A DNA stretch of 64,000 nucleotides from Gammaproteobacteria bacterium (GCA_026197075.1 JAPHQV010000030.1:4531-68530); one strand, 5' to 3'; positions 1 through 9,616 are shown, numbered from the stretch's first letter. Program-made: numbers and translations. Notes: generated by a model from the sequence alone, not told the origin.

Positions 1-1312
1 CCCAGCGCCCCAGGTTCTTGAGGTTCTTGCGCAGCCGGTTGGCAAGCATCTCCGCACCCTCGGTGCGCGCCGCGGGGGCGGCCGGCGCCAGGTCACGTTC
101 CCGTGCGCGCACCCGTGGCGATGGCTCCGGCACGCTGAGAAACCAGTCTTCCTGTAACTGGTAGTTGAGCAACTTGCACTCGATGGCGCCGTTGTAGAGG
201 GTCCAGGTCTCCTGCGAGCGGATGCCCAGGTTACGGGCCAGGGGCGGATTGCCGGTGAACAGGGCGGCGTGCCAGTCGCGAAACTCGCGCTGCAGCATCT
301 GCCCGAGCTCGTAGTAGAGCTGCGGCAGGTCGCTGTCGCGGCCGATGCGCTCGCCATAGGGTGGGTTGACCACCACCAGGCCGGGATGCTCCTGCATGCG
401 CGCCATGGCGCGCAGGTCGCGGGCATCGCGTTTTTCCACATGGACCTTGCCCTGCAGACCCGCCGCCGCGACATTGTCCAGGGCCAGCTTCACCGCCTGG
501 GCATCGGCATCGAAGCCGAAGATGGGCGGGATACGCCCGACACCTGCCAGGCGTCGTGCCTCGGCCTCATGGCGCAGGGCCTTCCAGCGCTCAATGTCGT
601 GGCCGCGCCAGCCCAGAAAGCCGTAGTACTGGCGCAGCAGGCCCGGCGCCACGTCCCCGGCCATGAGGGCCGCCTCGATGGGCAGGGTGGCGGAACCGCA
701 CATGGGGTCCACCAGTGCCCCGCCCCGTTCCGCGATGTCCGGCCAGCCGGCGCGCAGCAGGATGGCGGCGGCCAGGTTCTCCTTCAGCGGCGCGGGAGTG
801 TTGTGGGCGCGATAGCCACGCCGATGCAGGCTCTCCCCGGACAGATCCAGGCTGAGACGTGCCTGGTCGCGGTAGATATAGACATTTATGCGCAGCGAGG
901 GCTGCTCCGTGTCCACCGAGGGACGGCGGCCATGACGCTCACGGAACTGGTCGACAATGGCGTCCTTGACCTTCAGGGCCGCATAACGACTGTGGGTGAT
1001 CTGCGAGTTGCTGACATTGGCATCCACCGCCAGGGTATCGTCCGGACCCATGTGGGCGGACCAGTCGATGGCCTGGATACCGGCATAGAGGGTCTCCGGG
1101 GTCTCCGCGGGAAAGCGCGCCAGGGACAGCAGCAGGCGGTTGGCGGTGCGCGACCAGAGGCAGACGCGGTAGGCGGTGTCGAGATCACCCCGGCAGCCCA
1201 CCCCGGCCGTGGCCGGCTCGATGTCGACCGCCCCCAGGGCCTCCAGCTCCGCAGCCAGCAGGGGTTCCATGCCCTTGGGCGTGGTACAGAACAGGTTCAG
1301 GTTATCGGACAT
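1..1312 (-). CDS. rlmL: 23S rRNA methyltransferase RlmL/RlmKL, N-terminal part. The C-terminus runs off the left edge.
   Basis: Absent from the ORF track because there is no in-window stop. My reverse-complement translation from the ATG at 1312..1310 reads MSDNLNLFCTTPKGMEPLLAAELEALGA... It continues through DPMCGSATLPIEAA and VVNPPYGERIG (SAM methyltransferase motifs) to LANRLRKNLKNLGRW, colinear with E. coli RlmL (YcbY). Confidence 0.85.
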   Translation of the reverse strand, partial: MSDNLNLFCTTPKGMEPLLAAELEALGAVDIEPATAGVGCRGDLDTAYRVCLWSRTANRLLLSLARFPAETPETLYAGIQAIDWSAHMGPDDTLAVDANVSNSQITHSRYAALKVKDAIVDQFRERHGRRPSVDTEQPSLRINVYIYRDQARLSLDLSGESLHRRGYRAHNTPAPLKENLAAAILLRAGWPDIAERGGALVDPMCGSATLPIEAALMAGDVAPGLLRQYYGFLGWRGHDIERWKALRHEAEARRLAGVGRIPPIFGFDADAQAVKLALDNVAAAGLQGKVHVEKRDARDLRAMARMQEHPGLVVVNPPYGERIGRDSDLPQLYYELGQMLQREFRDWHAALFTGNPPLARNLGIRSQETWTLYNGAIECKLLNYQLQEDWFLSVPEPSPRVRARERDLAPAAPAARTEGAEMLANRLRKNLKNLGRW

Positions 1313-1462
1313 ACGGCGCGGGCCCCGGCGGGGCAATTCCATTCAGACCAAAGGGCTTATTGTACTCGCAAACGGAAGCGGTAGGATGGGCATACAGGTC
1401 CCGGATGCACCCTGATTCCACGCAGGGCATGCCGCGACCGGGTCAGCTGTTGAGGAAACCCC

Positions 1463-4087
1463 ATGGATCTCGCCAAAGAAGAACCCCAGTCCGCACCGCG
1501 CACCATCCACCTGCGGGATTACCAGCCACCGGCCTACCGGGTGGAAACCCTGGACCTGCATTTCGAGCTGGACCCGAAGCGCACCCGGGTGCGCGCCCTG
1601 CTGGTGGTGGAACGCAGCGCCGGGGACCAGGACACCCCCTTTCATCTCGACGGCCACAGTCTGCATACCCTGTCCATCCACCTCGATGGCGAACCGTTGC
1701 ACGCCGACCGTTATATCCTCGATGCGGAACGACTGGACATCCTTGCCCCGCCGGCCCGCTTCACGCTGGAAACGGTGGTGGAGATAGAACCCGACGCCAA
1801 CACCGCCCTGGAAGGCCTCTATGTCTCCAGCGGCATGTTCTGCACCCAGTGCGAGGCCGAGGGTTTCCGCCGCATCACCTGGTTCCCGGACCGCCCCGAT
1901 GTCATGGCGCGCTTTACCAGCACCCTGGTGGCGGACCGCACCCATTTCCCGGTGCTGCTGTCCAACGGCAACCCCGTCGACCAGGGCGAGCTGGACGACG
2001 GCCGCCACTGGGTGAAATGGGAGGACCCTTTCCCCAAGCCCTGTTACCTGTTCGCCCTGGTGGCCGGGAGACTGGTGTGCCAGGAGGATCGTTTCGTCAC
2101 CGCCTCCGGCCGCGAGGTGGCGCTGCGCATCTACGTGGAACCCGCCAATGCGCACAAGTGCGACCATGCCCTCGCCTCCCTCAAGCAGGCCATGCGCTGG
2201 GACGAGCAGACCTACGGGCGCGAATACGATCTGGACATCTTCATGATCGTGGCCGTGGACGATTTCAACATGGGCGCCATGGAGAACAAGGGGCTCAACA
2301 TCTTCAACTCCGCCTGCGTGCTGGTCAGCCCCGATTCCGCGACCGATGGTGATTATTACAATGTCCAGAGCATCGTCGGCCATGAATACTTCCACAACTG
2401 GTCCGGCAACCGCGTCACCTGCCGCGACTGGTTCCAGCTCAGCCTCAAGGAAGGCTTCACCGTCTACCGCGACCAGGAATTCAGCGCCGACCTGAACTCC
2501 CGCCCCGTCAAGCGCATCAGCGACGTGAATGTACTGCGTAATCATCAATTCGCCCAGGATGCCGGCCCCATGGCCCACCCGGTGCGACCCGACTCCTACA
2601 TGGAGATCAGCAATTTCTACACGGTGACCGTGTACAACAAGGGCGCCGATGTGGTGCGCATGATCGCTCACCTGCTGGGTCCGGAGGGTTTCCGCAAGGG
2701 CTGCGACCTGTACTTCGAGCGCCACGATGGCCAGGCCGTGACCACCGATGATTTCGTGCGCGCCATGGAAGATGTCAGTGGCGTCGACCTCGGGCAGTTC
2801 CGGCGCTGGTACGAACAGGCCGGCACCCCGCGGCTGGGGGTGCGCAGCGAATATGATGCCCGGACACGGGAGTATCGCCTCACCCTCGAACAGAGCTGCC
2901 CCGCGACCCCCGGCCAGCCGCACAAGAAACCCTTTCACATCCCCGTGGCCATGGCCCTGCTGGATACCGAGGGCAACATCCTGGCCCGGCAGGTGCTGGA
3001 ACTGCGCGATGACACCGAGACCTTCCACTTCCCGGACCTGGCTGCGGCACCGGTGCCCTCCCTGTTGTGCGAGTTCTCGGCGCCGGTGAAGCTGGCCGTG
3101 GAACGCAGCGACCCGGAACTGGCCTTCCTGTTCGGACATGACCCCGACCCCTTCAATCGCTGGGATGCCGGCCAGCAACTGGCCCTCAACCAGCTGCTGC
3201 GGCTCATCACGTCCCTGGAACAAAAGCAGCCACTGCAACTGCCCGAGGACTTCGTCACGGCCTACCGGGCCACCCTCACCCATCCGGATCTGGACCCGGC
3301 GCTCATTGCCCAGGCCTTGAGCCTGCCGGCGGAAAGCTATATCGCCGACCAGTGCACCCTGGTCAATCCGCAGGCCATCCACGAGGCGCGCCAGTTCATG
3401 CGCCGGGAACTGGCGCAGGGTCTGAAGGATGAACTCCTGGCCGGCTACCTGGCGAACCAGGACGACACACCCTACGTCTTCAGTGCCGAGACCATGGGCC
3501 GCCGCGCCCTGAAAAATCTCTGCCTGGGCTATCTCATGGAACTGGAGGAGCCAGGCCCGCTGGAACACTGTCTGCAGCAGTTCCGCGCCGGCCACAACAT
3601 GACCGACGTGCTGGCGGCGCTCGGCATGCTCGCGGACTACGACCTGCCCGAGCGGGCCGAGGCCCTGAACCAGTTCTATGACCAGTGGCAGCAGGATCCA
3701 CTGGTGGTGGACAAGTGGTTTGGTATCCAGGCCGGCTCGCGCCTCGAGGATACCCTGGGCCATGTGCAGGCCCTGATGCGCCTCCCGGCCTTCAAGCTCA
3801 CCAATCCCAACAAGGTGCGCGCCCTCATCGGCCGTTTCTGTGCCGGCAACCCGGCACGTTTTCACGCAGCCGATGGCAGCGGTTATGCCTTCCTGGCCGA
3901 CCAGGTACTGGCCCTCGATGAGATCAACCCGCAAATGGCGGCACGCATGGTGGCCAGCCTCAGCCGCTGGCGCCAGTATGAACCGGGCCGCCGGGCCCTG
4001 ATGCAGGCCCAGTTGGAGCGCATCCAGCGCGCGCCGCAACTGTCCCGTGATGTCTATGAAATCGTCAACAAAAGCCTCGTCGACTGA
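1463..4087 (+). CDS. pepN: aminopeptidase N (M1 family)
   Basis: 874 aa ORF. GAMENKGLNIFN exopeptidase motif and HEYFHNWSGNRVT zinc-binding HExxH motif. ATG preceded by GAGGAAA. Confidence 0.97.
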   Translation: MDLAKEEPQSAPRTIHLRDYQPPAYRVETLDLHFELDPKRTRVRALLVVERSAGDQDTPFHLDGHSLHTLSIHLDGEPLHADRYILDAERLDILAPPARFTLETVVEIEPDANTALEGLYVSSGMFCTQCEAEGFRRITWFPDRPDVMARFTSTLVADRTHFPVLLSNGNPVDQGELDDGRHWVKWEDPFPKPCYLFALVAGRLVCQEDRFVTASGREVALRIYVEPANAHKCDHALASLKQAMRWDEQTYGREYDLDIFMIVAVDDFNMGAMENKGLNIFNSACVLVSPDSATDGDYYNVQSIVGHEYFHNWSGNRVTCRDWFQLSLKEGFTVYRDQEFSADLNSRPVKRISDVNVLRNHQFAQDAGPMAHPVRPDSYMEISNFYTVTVYNKGADVVRMIAHLLGPEGFRKGCDLYFERHDGQAVTTDDFVRAMEDVSGVDLGQFRRWYEQAGTPRLGVRSEYDARTREYRLTLEQSCPATPGQPHKKPFHIPVAMALLDTEGNILARQVLELRDDTETFHFPDLAAAPVPSLLCEFSAPVKLAVERSDPELAFLFGHDPDPFNRWDAGQQLALNQLLRLITSLEQKQPLQLPEDFVTAYRATLTHPDLDPALIAQALSLPAESYIADQCTLVNPQAIHEARQFMRRELAQGLKDELLAGYLANQDDTPYVFSAETMGRRALKNLCLGYLMELEEPGPLEHCLQQFRAGHNMTDVLAALGMLADYDLPERAEALNQFYDQWQQDPLVVDKWFGIQAGSRLEDTLGHVQALMRLPAFKLTNPNKVRALIGRFCAGNPARFHAADGSGYAFLADQVLALDEINPQMAARMVASLSRWRQYEPGRRALMQAQLERIQRAPQLSRDVYEIVNKSLVD

Positions 4088-4091
4088 GGAG

Positions 4092-4397
4092 GTGGAAGCG
4101 TCCGCCGGCTGGTACGTATACATGGTGGAGTGCGCGGACCGCAGCCTGTATACCGGCATCGCCCGGGACGTGCCACGCCGGGTGGCCGAGCACAATGAAG
4201 GCCGCGCCGCCGCCCGCTATACCCGTGCCCGGCGGCCGGTGCGACTCGCCTGGCTGGAAGCGGCCGCCGACCGGGGCGCGGCATGCCGGCGCGAGGCGGC
4301 TATCAAGAAGCTGCCGCGTGCGGAGAAGTTGCGCTTGATCGGGAAAACTTGTGATTCCGTGACCATGGATGCCCGCCTACGCGGGCATGACGAATAA
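4092..4397 (+). CDS. GIY-YIG nuclease superfamily protein (YhbQ/UPF0213-like)
   Basis: GWYVYMVECADRSLYTGIARDVPRRVAEHN matches the GIY-YIG core. The ORF track starts at 4047 inside pepN. An in-frame GTG at 4092 follows GAGGA and lies just after the pepN stop, so I prefer it. The last ~10 codons and the stop are supplied by a repeat hairpin (see findings). Confidence 0.7.
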   Translation: MEASAGWYVYMVECADRSLYTGIARDVPRRVAEHNEGRAAARYTRARRPVRLAWLEAAADRGAACRREAAIKKLPRAEKLRLIGKTCDSVTMDARLRGHDE

Positions 4398-4398
4398 A
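4369..4398. repeat. short hairpin repeat atgcccgc-ctac-gcgggcat followed by gacgaataaa
   Basis: 8-bp perfect stem. The same 10-nt tail appears in the copy at 34721. Confidence 0.75.
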
Positions 4399-4409
4399 CC
4401 AGCGCTTTC

Positions 4410-4796
4410 CTACCGGAATCCGCGAATACAGGCCTCCAGTTCCACCTCATCGATGGGAAAGCTGAATACGGCGTCGATCTGGTGGCTGGCACGCAGTTTC
4501 TCGAACTGGTGCGCCACTTCCTTCTCATAGAACACCACGATCCGGGTGCCCGGGTTATGCTGAGCCGTGGCCAACATGGATTCCAGTGAGCTGGTGCGGT
4601 CACGGAAATCGGACTGGTAATTGAATTCCGCCACGATCACGGCGGGTTTTTTCTTCTTGATGGCAGCCAGCGCCTTGCGCATATTGTGCTCCATCATCAC
4701 CTGGAAACCGGCCCGCTGATAGAGGGGTGTGAAATTGGGATACCCACCCAGTTCAACGATGGAGAGCAGTAAACCCCGGTGTTCCGTGGCGACCAT
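4410..4796 (-). CDS. hypothetical protein, CheY-like pseudo-receiver fold
   Basis: 128 aa with an alternating beta/alpha pattern (LLLSIVE ... AVIVAEFNY ... RIVVFY ... FSFPID). The phospho-acceptor position reads Glu rather than Asp, and the acidic pair is absent. Confidence 0.55.
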   Translation of the reverse strand: MVATEHRGLLLSIVELGGYPNFTPLYQRAGFQVMMEHNMRKALAAIKKKKPAVIVAEFNYQSDFRDRTSSLESMLATAQHNPGTRIVVFYEKEVAHQFEKLRASHQIDAVFSFPIDEVELEACIRGFR

Positions 4797-4889
4797 AGAG
4801 CAGGCCCTTGCGTGCGAATGGCTCGAGAGGTATCAGGATCCTGCACAGGGGTCACCCGCCCGCACCAGCGGGCAGAAACGAGGAAGGCG

Positions 4890-5276
4890 ATGAACAAGGA
4901 CAAGGCAATCGCGATCGATTGCGACTCCGAGGTGCTGGAGCGCATTGTCACGGCCCTGGAATTCTACGTGGAAAGCCAGTTCCCGCCAGGCAGCGCCGAT
5001 TGCGGCCAGGTGGCGCGGGAAGAGCTGCTGAACGTGGTGGCCAGCCTGCGCGCCAGCCTGGAGAATCACACCCCCGCGCGCTACAGCCGACGCATGAGGG
5101 CCATGGTCAAGGAAGGCATGCGGGTGTATTTCGAACATCTGGCGACCCGGGACGGACGGCCTCATGCGCACGAGTGCGAGTTCCTGCAGGCGGCCAGTCG
5201 CGGCGGGAACGGCTCGGCCGAAGACTTGCGGTCAGCGCAGGCCAGCGATCAGACCGGAACCGGAACCCGCCCGTAA
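4890..5276 (+). CDS. hypothetical protein
   Basis: Internal ATG at 4890 follows AGGAAGG (MNKDKAIAIDCDSEVLERIV...). No domain recognised. A hairpin terminator follows. Confidence 0.5.
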   Translation: MNKDKAIAIDCDSEVLERIVTALEFYVESQFPPGSADCGQVAREELLNVVASLRASLENHTPARYSRRMRAMVKEGMRVYFEHLATRDGRPHAHECEFLQAASRGGNGSAEDLRSAQASDQTGTGTRP

Positions 5277-5297
5277 AACAAAAGCGCCCGAAGGCGC
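5275..5297 (-). terminator. intrinsic terminator for the TusE/DsrC-like gene
   Basis: On the minus strand: ggcgc-cttc-gggcgc-type hairpin followed by TTTTGTTTT. Confidence 0.6.
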
Positions 5298-5309
5298 CAG
5301 GGTTACTGC

Positions 5310-5341
5310 GCCCCCTCGTGAGAGGGGGTTATGGTTGTTAC
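5310..5341 (+). terminator. probable terminator of the 4890..5276 gene
   Basis: gccccctc-gtga-gagggggt stem-loop followed by ttatggttgtt. Confidence 0.45.
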
Positions 5342-5357
5342 TGGTGTGCGATTGCGT

Positions 5358-6089
5358 TCAGTCGTCGGTGTCGATACAGCCCTGGGGCTCCGGGAGTCCG
5401 GCAATGCGCGAACCCTGACGTGAAGGGCCTTTCGGAAACAGCTGATAGAGATGTTCCTTGCTGGCCCGTTCCGAACCCAGTTCCTCGGCCATGTGCTGCA
5501 TCAGGATGCGCACCATGGGCGTGATCCCGTATTCGAAGTAGAACTGGCGCAGGAAATTGAGCACTTCCCAATGATCATCATTGAGCTTGATGCCTTCCCG
5601 CTCCGCCATGAAATAGGCTACATGCTTGTTCCAGCGATGCAGGTCCAGCAGATTGCCAAGCTGGGTGACACGGAAGGTTTCGCCCTCGAAATCAAAGGAA
5701 TCCGTGAAGTGGGTCTTGGACGGGGCCGCCTTGCCGGCATAGGTAGTGCGTTCCAGTTCCACATCCAGCATGGGAATCGGTATACCGGCGATCTTCGAAC
5801 CCTGCACCAGCACGCCGCCCGGAAACAGCTCCGCCAGGCGTTCATCGTCAAAGCGATCGGTGCCGGTGCGTTGCTTCAGGCTGCGCTTGAGCAATTTCTT
5901 GACCGGTGAGACATTATAGGACTGGTAGTACTCGCGCATGGCCTTGATCACTTCCCAGTGATCATCGTTCAGTTGCAGACCATCGCGGGCAGCGAGTTCA
6001 TGGGCCACGCCCTCGTTCCAGTCGGCCAGGTTCGCCAGGCGACCGTCGGTCAGGACATCGAATTTCAGGTTTGAAGCTGCGGCATTCAT
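5358..6089 (-). CDS. tandem (two-domain) TusE/DsrC-family sulfur relay protein
   Basis: Two consecutive TusE/DsrC-like modules. Each has ...DDHWEV(I/L)... and ...LFP(G/K)G...Q(G)S(K/R)IAG(I/L)P.... Only the second keeps the C-terminal Cys (GLPEPQGCIDTDD). ATG at 6089 is preceded by AGGAAAAA. The ORF-track start at 6092 is a TTG. Confidence 0.8.
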   Translation of the reverse strand: MNAAASNLKFDVLTDGRLANLADWNEGVAHELAARDGLQLNDDHWEVIKAMREYYQSYNVSPVKKLLKRSLKQRTGTDRFDDERLAELFPGGVLVQGSKIAGIPIPMLDVELERTTYAGKAAPSKTHFTDSFDFEGETFRVTQLGNLLDLHRWNKHVAYFMAEREGIKLNDDHWEVLNFLRQFYFEYGITPMVRILMQHMAEELGSERASKEHLYQLFPKGPSRQGSRIAGLPEPQGCIDTDD

Positions 6090-6247
6090 CAATTTTTCCT
6101 CGATCCGGGCAAGTCATCCAATAAGGCAAGTGTAGCGCAGGGCCGGGATAGCGGGACGGCTTCATCCCGGCCGCTTGTACCCTGTAGCGGGTGCGGGAGG
6201 CAAATCTTGAGAGCTGGACGGCCGGGACGAGGAAGATTAAACCAGAT

Positions 6248-6283
6248 GAGAAAGAAGGACATTGCGAAGGGGGACCCCTTCGC
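6248..6283 (-). terminator. probable terminator of the 6298..6582 gene
   Basis: 9-bp stem gcgaagggg/ccccttcgc just after the stop, followed on the minus strand by a T-rich stretch (tccttctttctc). Confidence 0.45.
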
Positions 6284-6297
6284 GAAGAACCCGGGTA

Positions 6298-6582
6298 TCA
6301 GTTGTCTCCGGGACGCCAGATACCAAATGCCGCGTCGGCAGCGGGCGCGGCAGGTTGTTGCTGGCCCTCGATATCGTCCATCACATGCTGGGAAAAGGCA
6401 CTGAGCTGTTCCAGAATCTCCAGTTTGTCGGCCCGGGGCATCTGTTGGCTGCCCAGCAGCACACCGATGATGGCGGACAGGTACTGTGCCGTGATGCCTG
6501 CGTCACGGGCCCGAGGGTCCTGGGCGACGATGATTTCCTGTATGGCCTGGATCATTTCCTGGGATAGCTGCATTTCACTCAT
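6298..6582 (-). CDS. hypothetical small protein
   Basis: 99-aa ORF. The second ATG (6582) is preceded by GGAGAAA at proper spacing, so I prefer it. A hairpin at 6264..6283 follows the stop. No family recognised. Confidence 0.45.
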   Translation of the reverse strand: MSEMQLSQEMIQAIQEIIVAQDPRARDAGITAQYLSAIIGVLLGSQQMPRADKLEILEQLSAFSQHVMDDIEGQQQPAAPAADAAFGIWRPGDN

Positions 6583-6752
6583 CGGGTATTTCTCCATGAT
6601 TGTGCATCGGGCTTGGACTCCCGATATGGGAAGGCTTGATTATACGGCATTTCTCTCCAGCTCATGTCCATGGGCCGGGTGGGGATTCAGGCGGGTTCAG
6701 GTTTGTCCCGGGCTGGACTAGAATGGGCTATGCTCCTTATCCGGACCCTGCC

Positions 6753-7448
6753 ATGACGCTCCATTTCAGTCCCCTGCCCGGCGCCCATGAACGCCGCCTC
6801 CAGCGCTTGTGGGACAACCCGCTGTTTCCGCCACAGCGACGCCAGATCGTACAACCGGATGTCGATCTTGCCCGGCAGCAGGACGCGGAGGAACGGGAAC
6901 GTTTTCTGGTGGAATTCCAGGCATTGCTGCAGGAAGCCATGAACCTGTCCGCCAATGTGGAATCCGATGTCATACTCACACTCAAGGAGCGATTGGACCA
7001 GGCCTATGAACGCTGTTCCAGCCTGCCGGGCGATCTGGCCGAGATCAAGCAGGCCCTGCGTCGCCTGGTGGCCGTGATCATGAATAGTGTGCGCGCCCAT
7101 GCCGCCGACGATCCCCAGGCCCTGGCGAAGCTGCGCGACGAGGACATCGCCCGCGAGGTCCACTACGAATTACAGGATTATCCCCTCGTGGCCGATCTAT
7201 TGCGTGAAGATGCCGTCATAAAAGAGGATGAACTGGTGCCGACCCTGTTGAGCGAATCCCGCGAAACCCTTGCCGCGGCCCTGCAACTGTTCGATGCAGA
7301 TCAGGTCGGTCTCATTGCCCGGGAAGCCAACGCGCTACTGCTGCAGCGACAAGAGGAAGGACAGGCACTACCCGAGGCCTGGGCACGCTTAAGGGAAATC
7401 GAATCCATACTGGCGGCCGCGTCTCCCCTGCGGCAGACCCTCAACTGA
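6753..7448 (+). CDS. hypothetical protein (helical, acidic)
   Basis: Long ORF 6600..7448. Plausible starts are ATG 6723 or ATG 6753 and the choice is uncertain. No domain recognised. Confidence 0.5.
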   Translation: MTLHFSPLPGAHERRLQRLWDNPLFPPQRRQIVQPDVDLARQQDAEERERFLVEFQALLQEAMNLSANVESDVILTLKERLDQAYERCSSLPGDLAEIKQALRRLVAVIMNSVRAHAADDPQALAKLRDEDIAREVHYELQDYPLVADLLREDAVIKEDELVPTLLSESRETLAAALQLFDADQVGLIAREANALLLQRQEEGQALPEAWARLREIESILAAASPLRQTLN

Positions 7449-7469
7449 ACCCGGCGGGGTACGACGGCC

Positions 7470-7808
7470 ATGACTTCCCTTACCGATTCCCGCTACCCCC
7501 TCATGACCCCGGCCTCCGAGCCCCTGCGCAAGCGCGCCCCCGCCCTGGATGAACAGGGCAAGCCCCTGAGCGATTTCATGATGCTGTTCCCGCGCCTGCG
7601 GGATCAGCCAAGGCACCAGGTGGAACGTACCCTCATCGCCATTCAGGGAGTGCTGGCCAACTTCGAATCCAACGTCGTGTTCGCCGAGCTGAACCTGAAG
7701 CTCAATATCCTGTGGGTCTCCATCCGCCCCGTGCAGGGACTGCGCCTGGAGATCGCCGACGCCATCCAGAGCCTGGTACCCGGAGCCAAGCTGGTTTCGC
7801 ATATTTAA
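7470..7808 (+). CDS. hypothetical protein
   Basis: 112 aa ORF, 21 nt after the previous gene on the same strand. No domain recognised. Confidence 0.5.
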   Translation: MTSLTDSRYPLMTPASEPLRKRAPALDEQGKPLSDFMMLFPRLRDQPRHQVERTLIAIQGVLANFESNVVFAELNLKLNILWVSIRPVQGLRLEIADAIQSLVPGAKLVSHI

Positions 7809-7818
7809 CACACAGAAC

Positions 7819-7989
7819 TCACCGCAAAGACGCAAAGGTCGCAAAGGACACTCGGAAAGACTTACCTGCTCCAGGAGACTGCCTGACCTGCGATTGATCT
7901 ACCGCTTTACTCGCTTCGATCGCTCAATTCCTGCAGGCTCCTGGTCTTCTTATTCGAAATCCTTTGCGACCTTTGCGCCTTTGCGGTGA
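7819..7989. repeat. palindromic intergenic element, CAAAG-type arms (copy A)
   Basis: Left arm tcaccgcaaagacgcaaaggtcgcaaagga (7819..7848). The reverse complement of the right arm (7960..7989) differs by one base. The core is about 110 nt. Confidence 0.9.
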
Positions 7990-8016
7990 TCATCAACTTC
8001 CACGACTCGTTGAGCA

Positions 8017-9303
<1,287 letters not shown>

Positions 9304-9310
9304 CTATGCC

Positions 9311-9616
9311 TTACTCGTTGATCTCGGCTGCCCAGCGCACCAGGTGGCCGGGTTGGATACTGTCCTGGATATGCTCCAGCACCAGGTCGACCCGCTCCGG
9401 GTCGTCAAAGAATTCCAGCACCAGGGGCAAGTCCAGGGAGGTGTCCAGCAGCGAGGCGGAATGGACGCGCCCGGAACCACCAAAACCGCTGATGGCACGG
9501 AACAGGCTCACTCCGCGCAGCTTCTCCCGGTCATGCAGGTGTTGGAACAGTTTCTGCGCCAGGCCCTCGCCTTCCGTGAGATAGATGCGGACCACACTGA
9601 CCTTGCGCATATTCAT
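9311..9616 (-). CDS. DUF190 domain protein (PII-like, commonly paired with CrcB)
   Basis: 101 aa (VRIYLTEGE ... RAISGFGGSG ... LPLVLEFFD). The start overlaps the crcB stop (ATGA). Confidence 0.75.
   Translation of the reverse strand: MNMRKVSVVRIYLTEGEGLAQKLFQHLHDREKLRGVSLFRAISGFGGSGRVHSASLLDTSLDLPLVLEFFDDPERVDLVLEHIQDSIQPGHLVRWAAEINE

Noticed and set aside
269-4195. Very long ORFs antisense to or overlapping real genes. Examples: 269..1384 (+), 1343..4195 (-, 950 aa), 30305..32401 (-, 698 aa), 44239..45657 (-), 21129..23042 (+), and the 5' two thirds of 58977..60941 (+).
   Set aside because: They are typical GC-rich shadow ORFs. Their translations are low-complexity and rich in Arg, Ala, Gly, Pro, His and Val, with no motifs. 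The opposite or alternative frame in each case encodes an unmistakable conserved protein (RlmL, PepN, AcnA, MetH, ClpA, PPK2/DUF3617).
7712-7897. Small ORFs spanning the palindromic repeats: 7712..7897 (+), 7389..7844 (-), 13843..14082 (+), 34595..35140 (+), 34428..34675 (-), 32959..33231 (-).
   Set aside because: Their only conserved parts (…HRKDAKVAKD…, …LRLCGE…, …QGAKDAKKN…) are translations of the repeat arms. The rest differs between copies, so they are repeat-generated artefacts.
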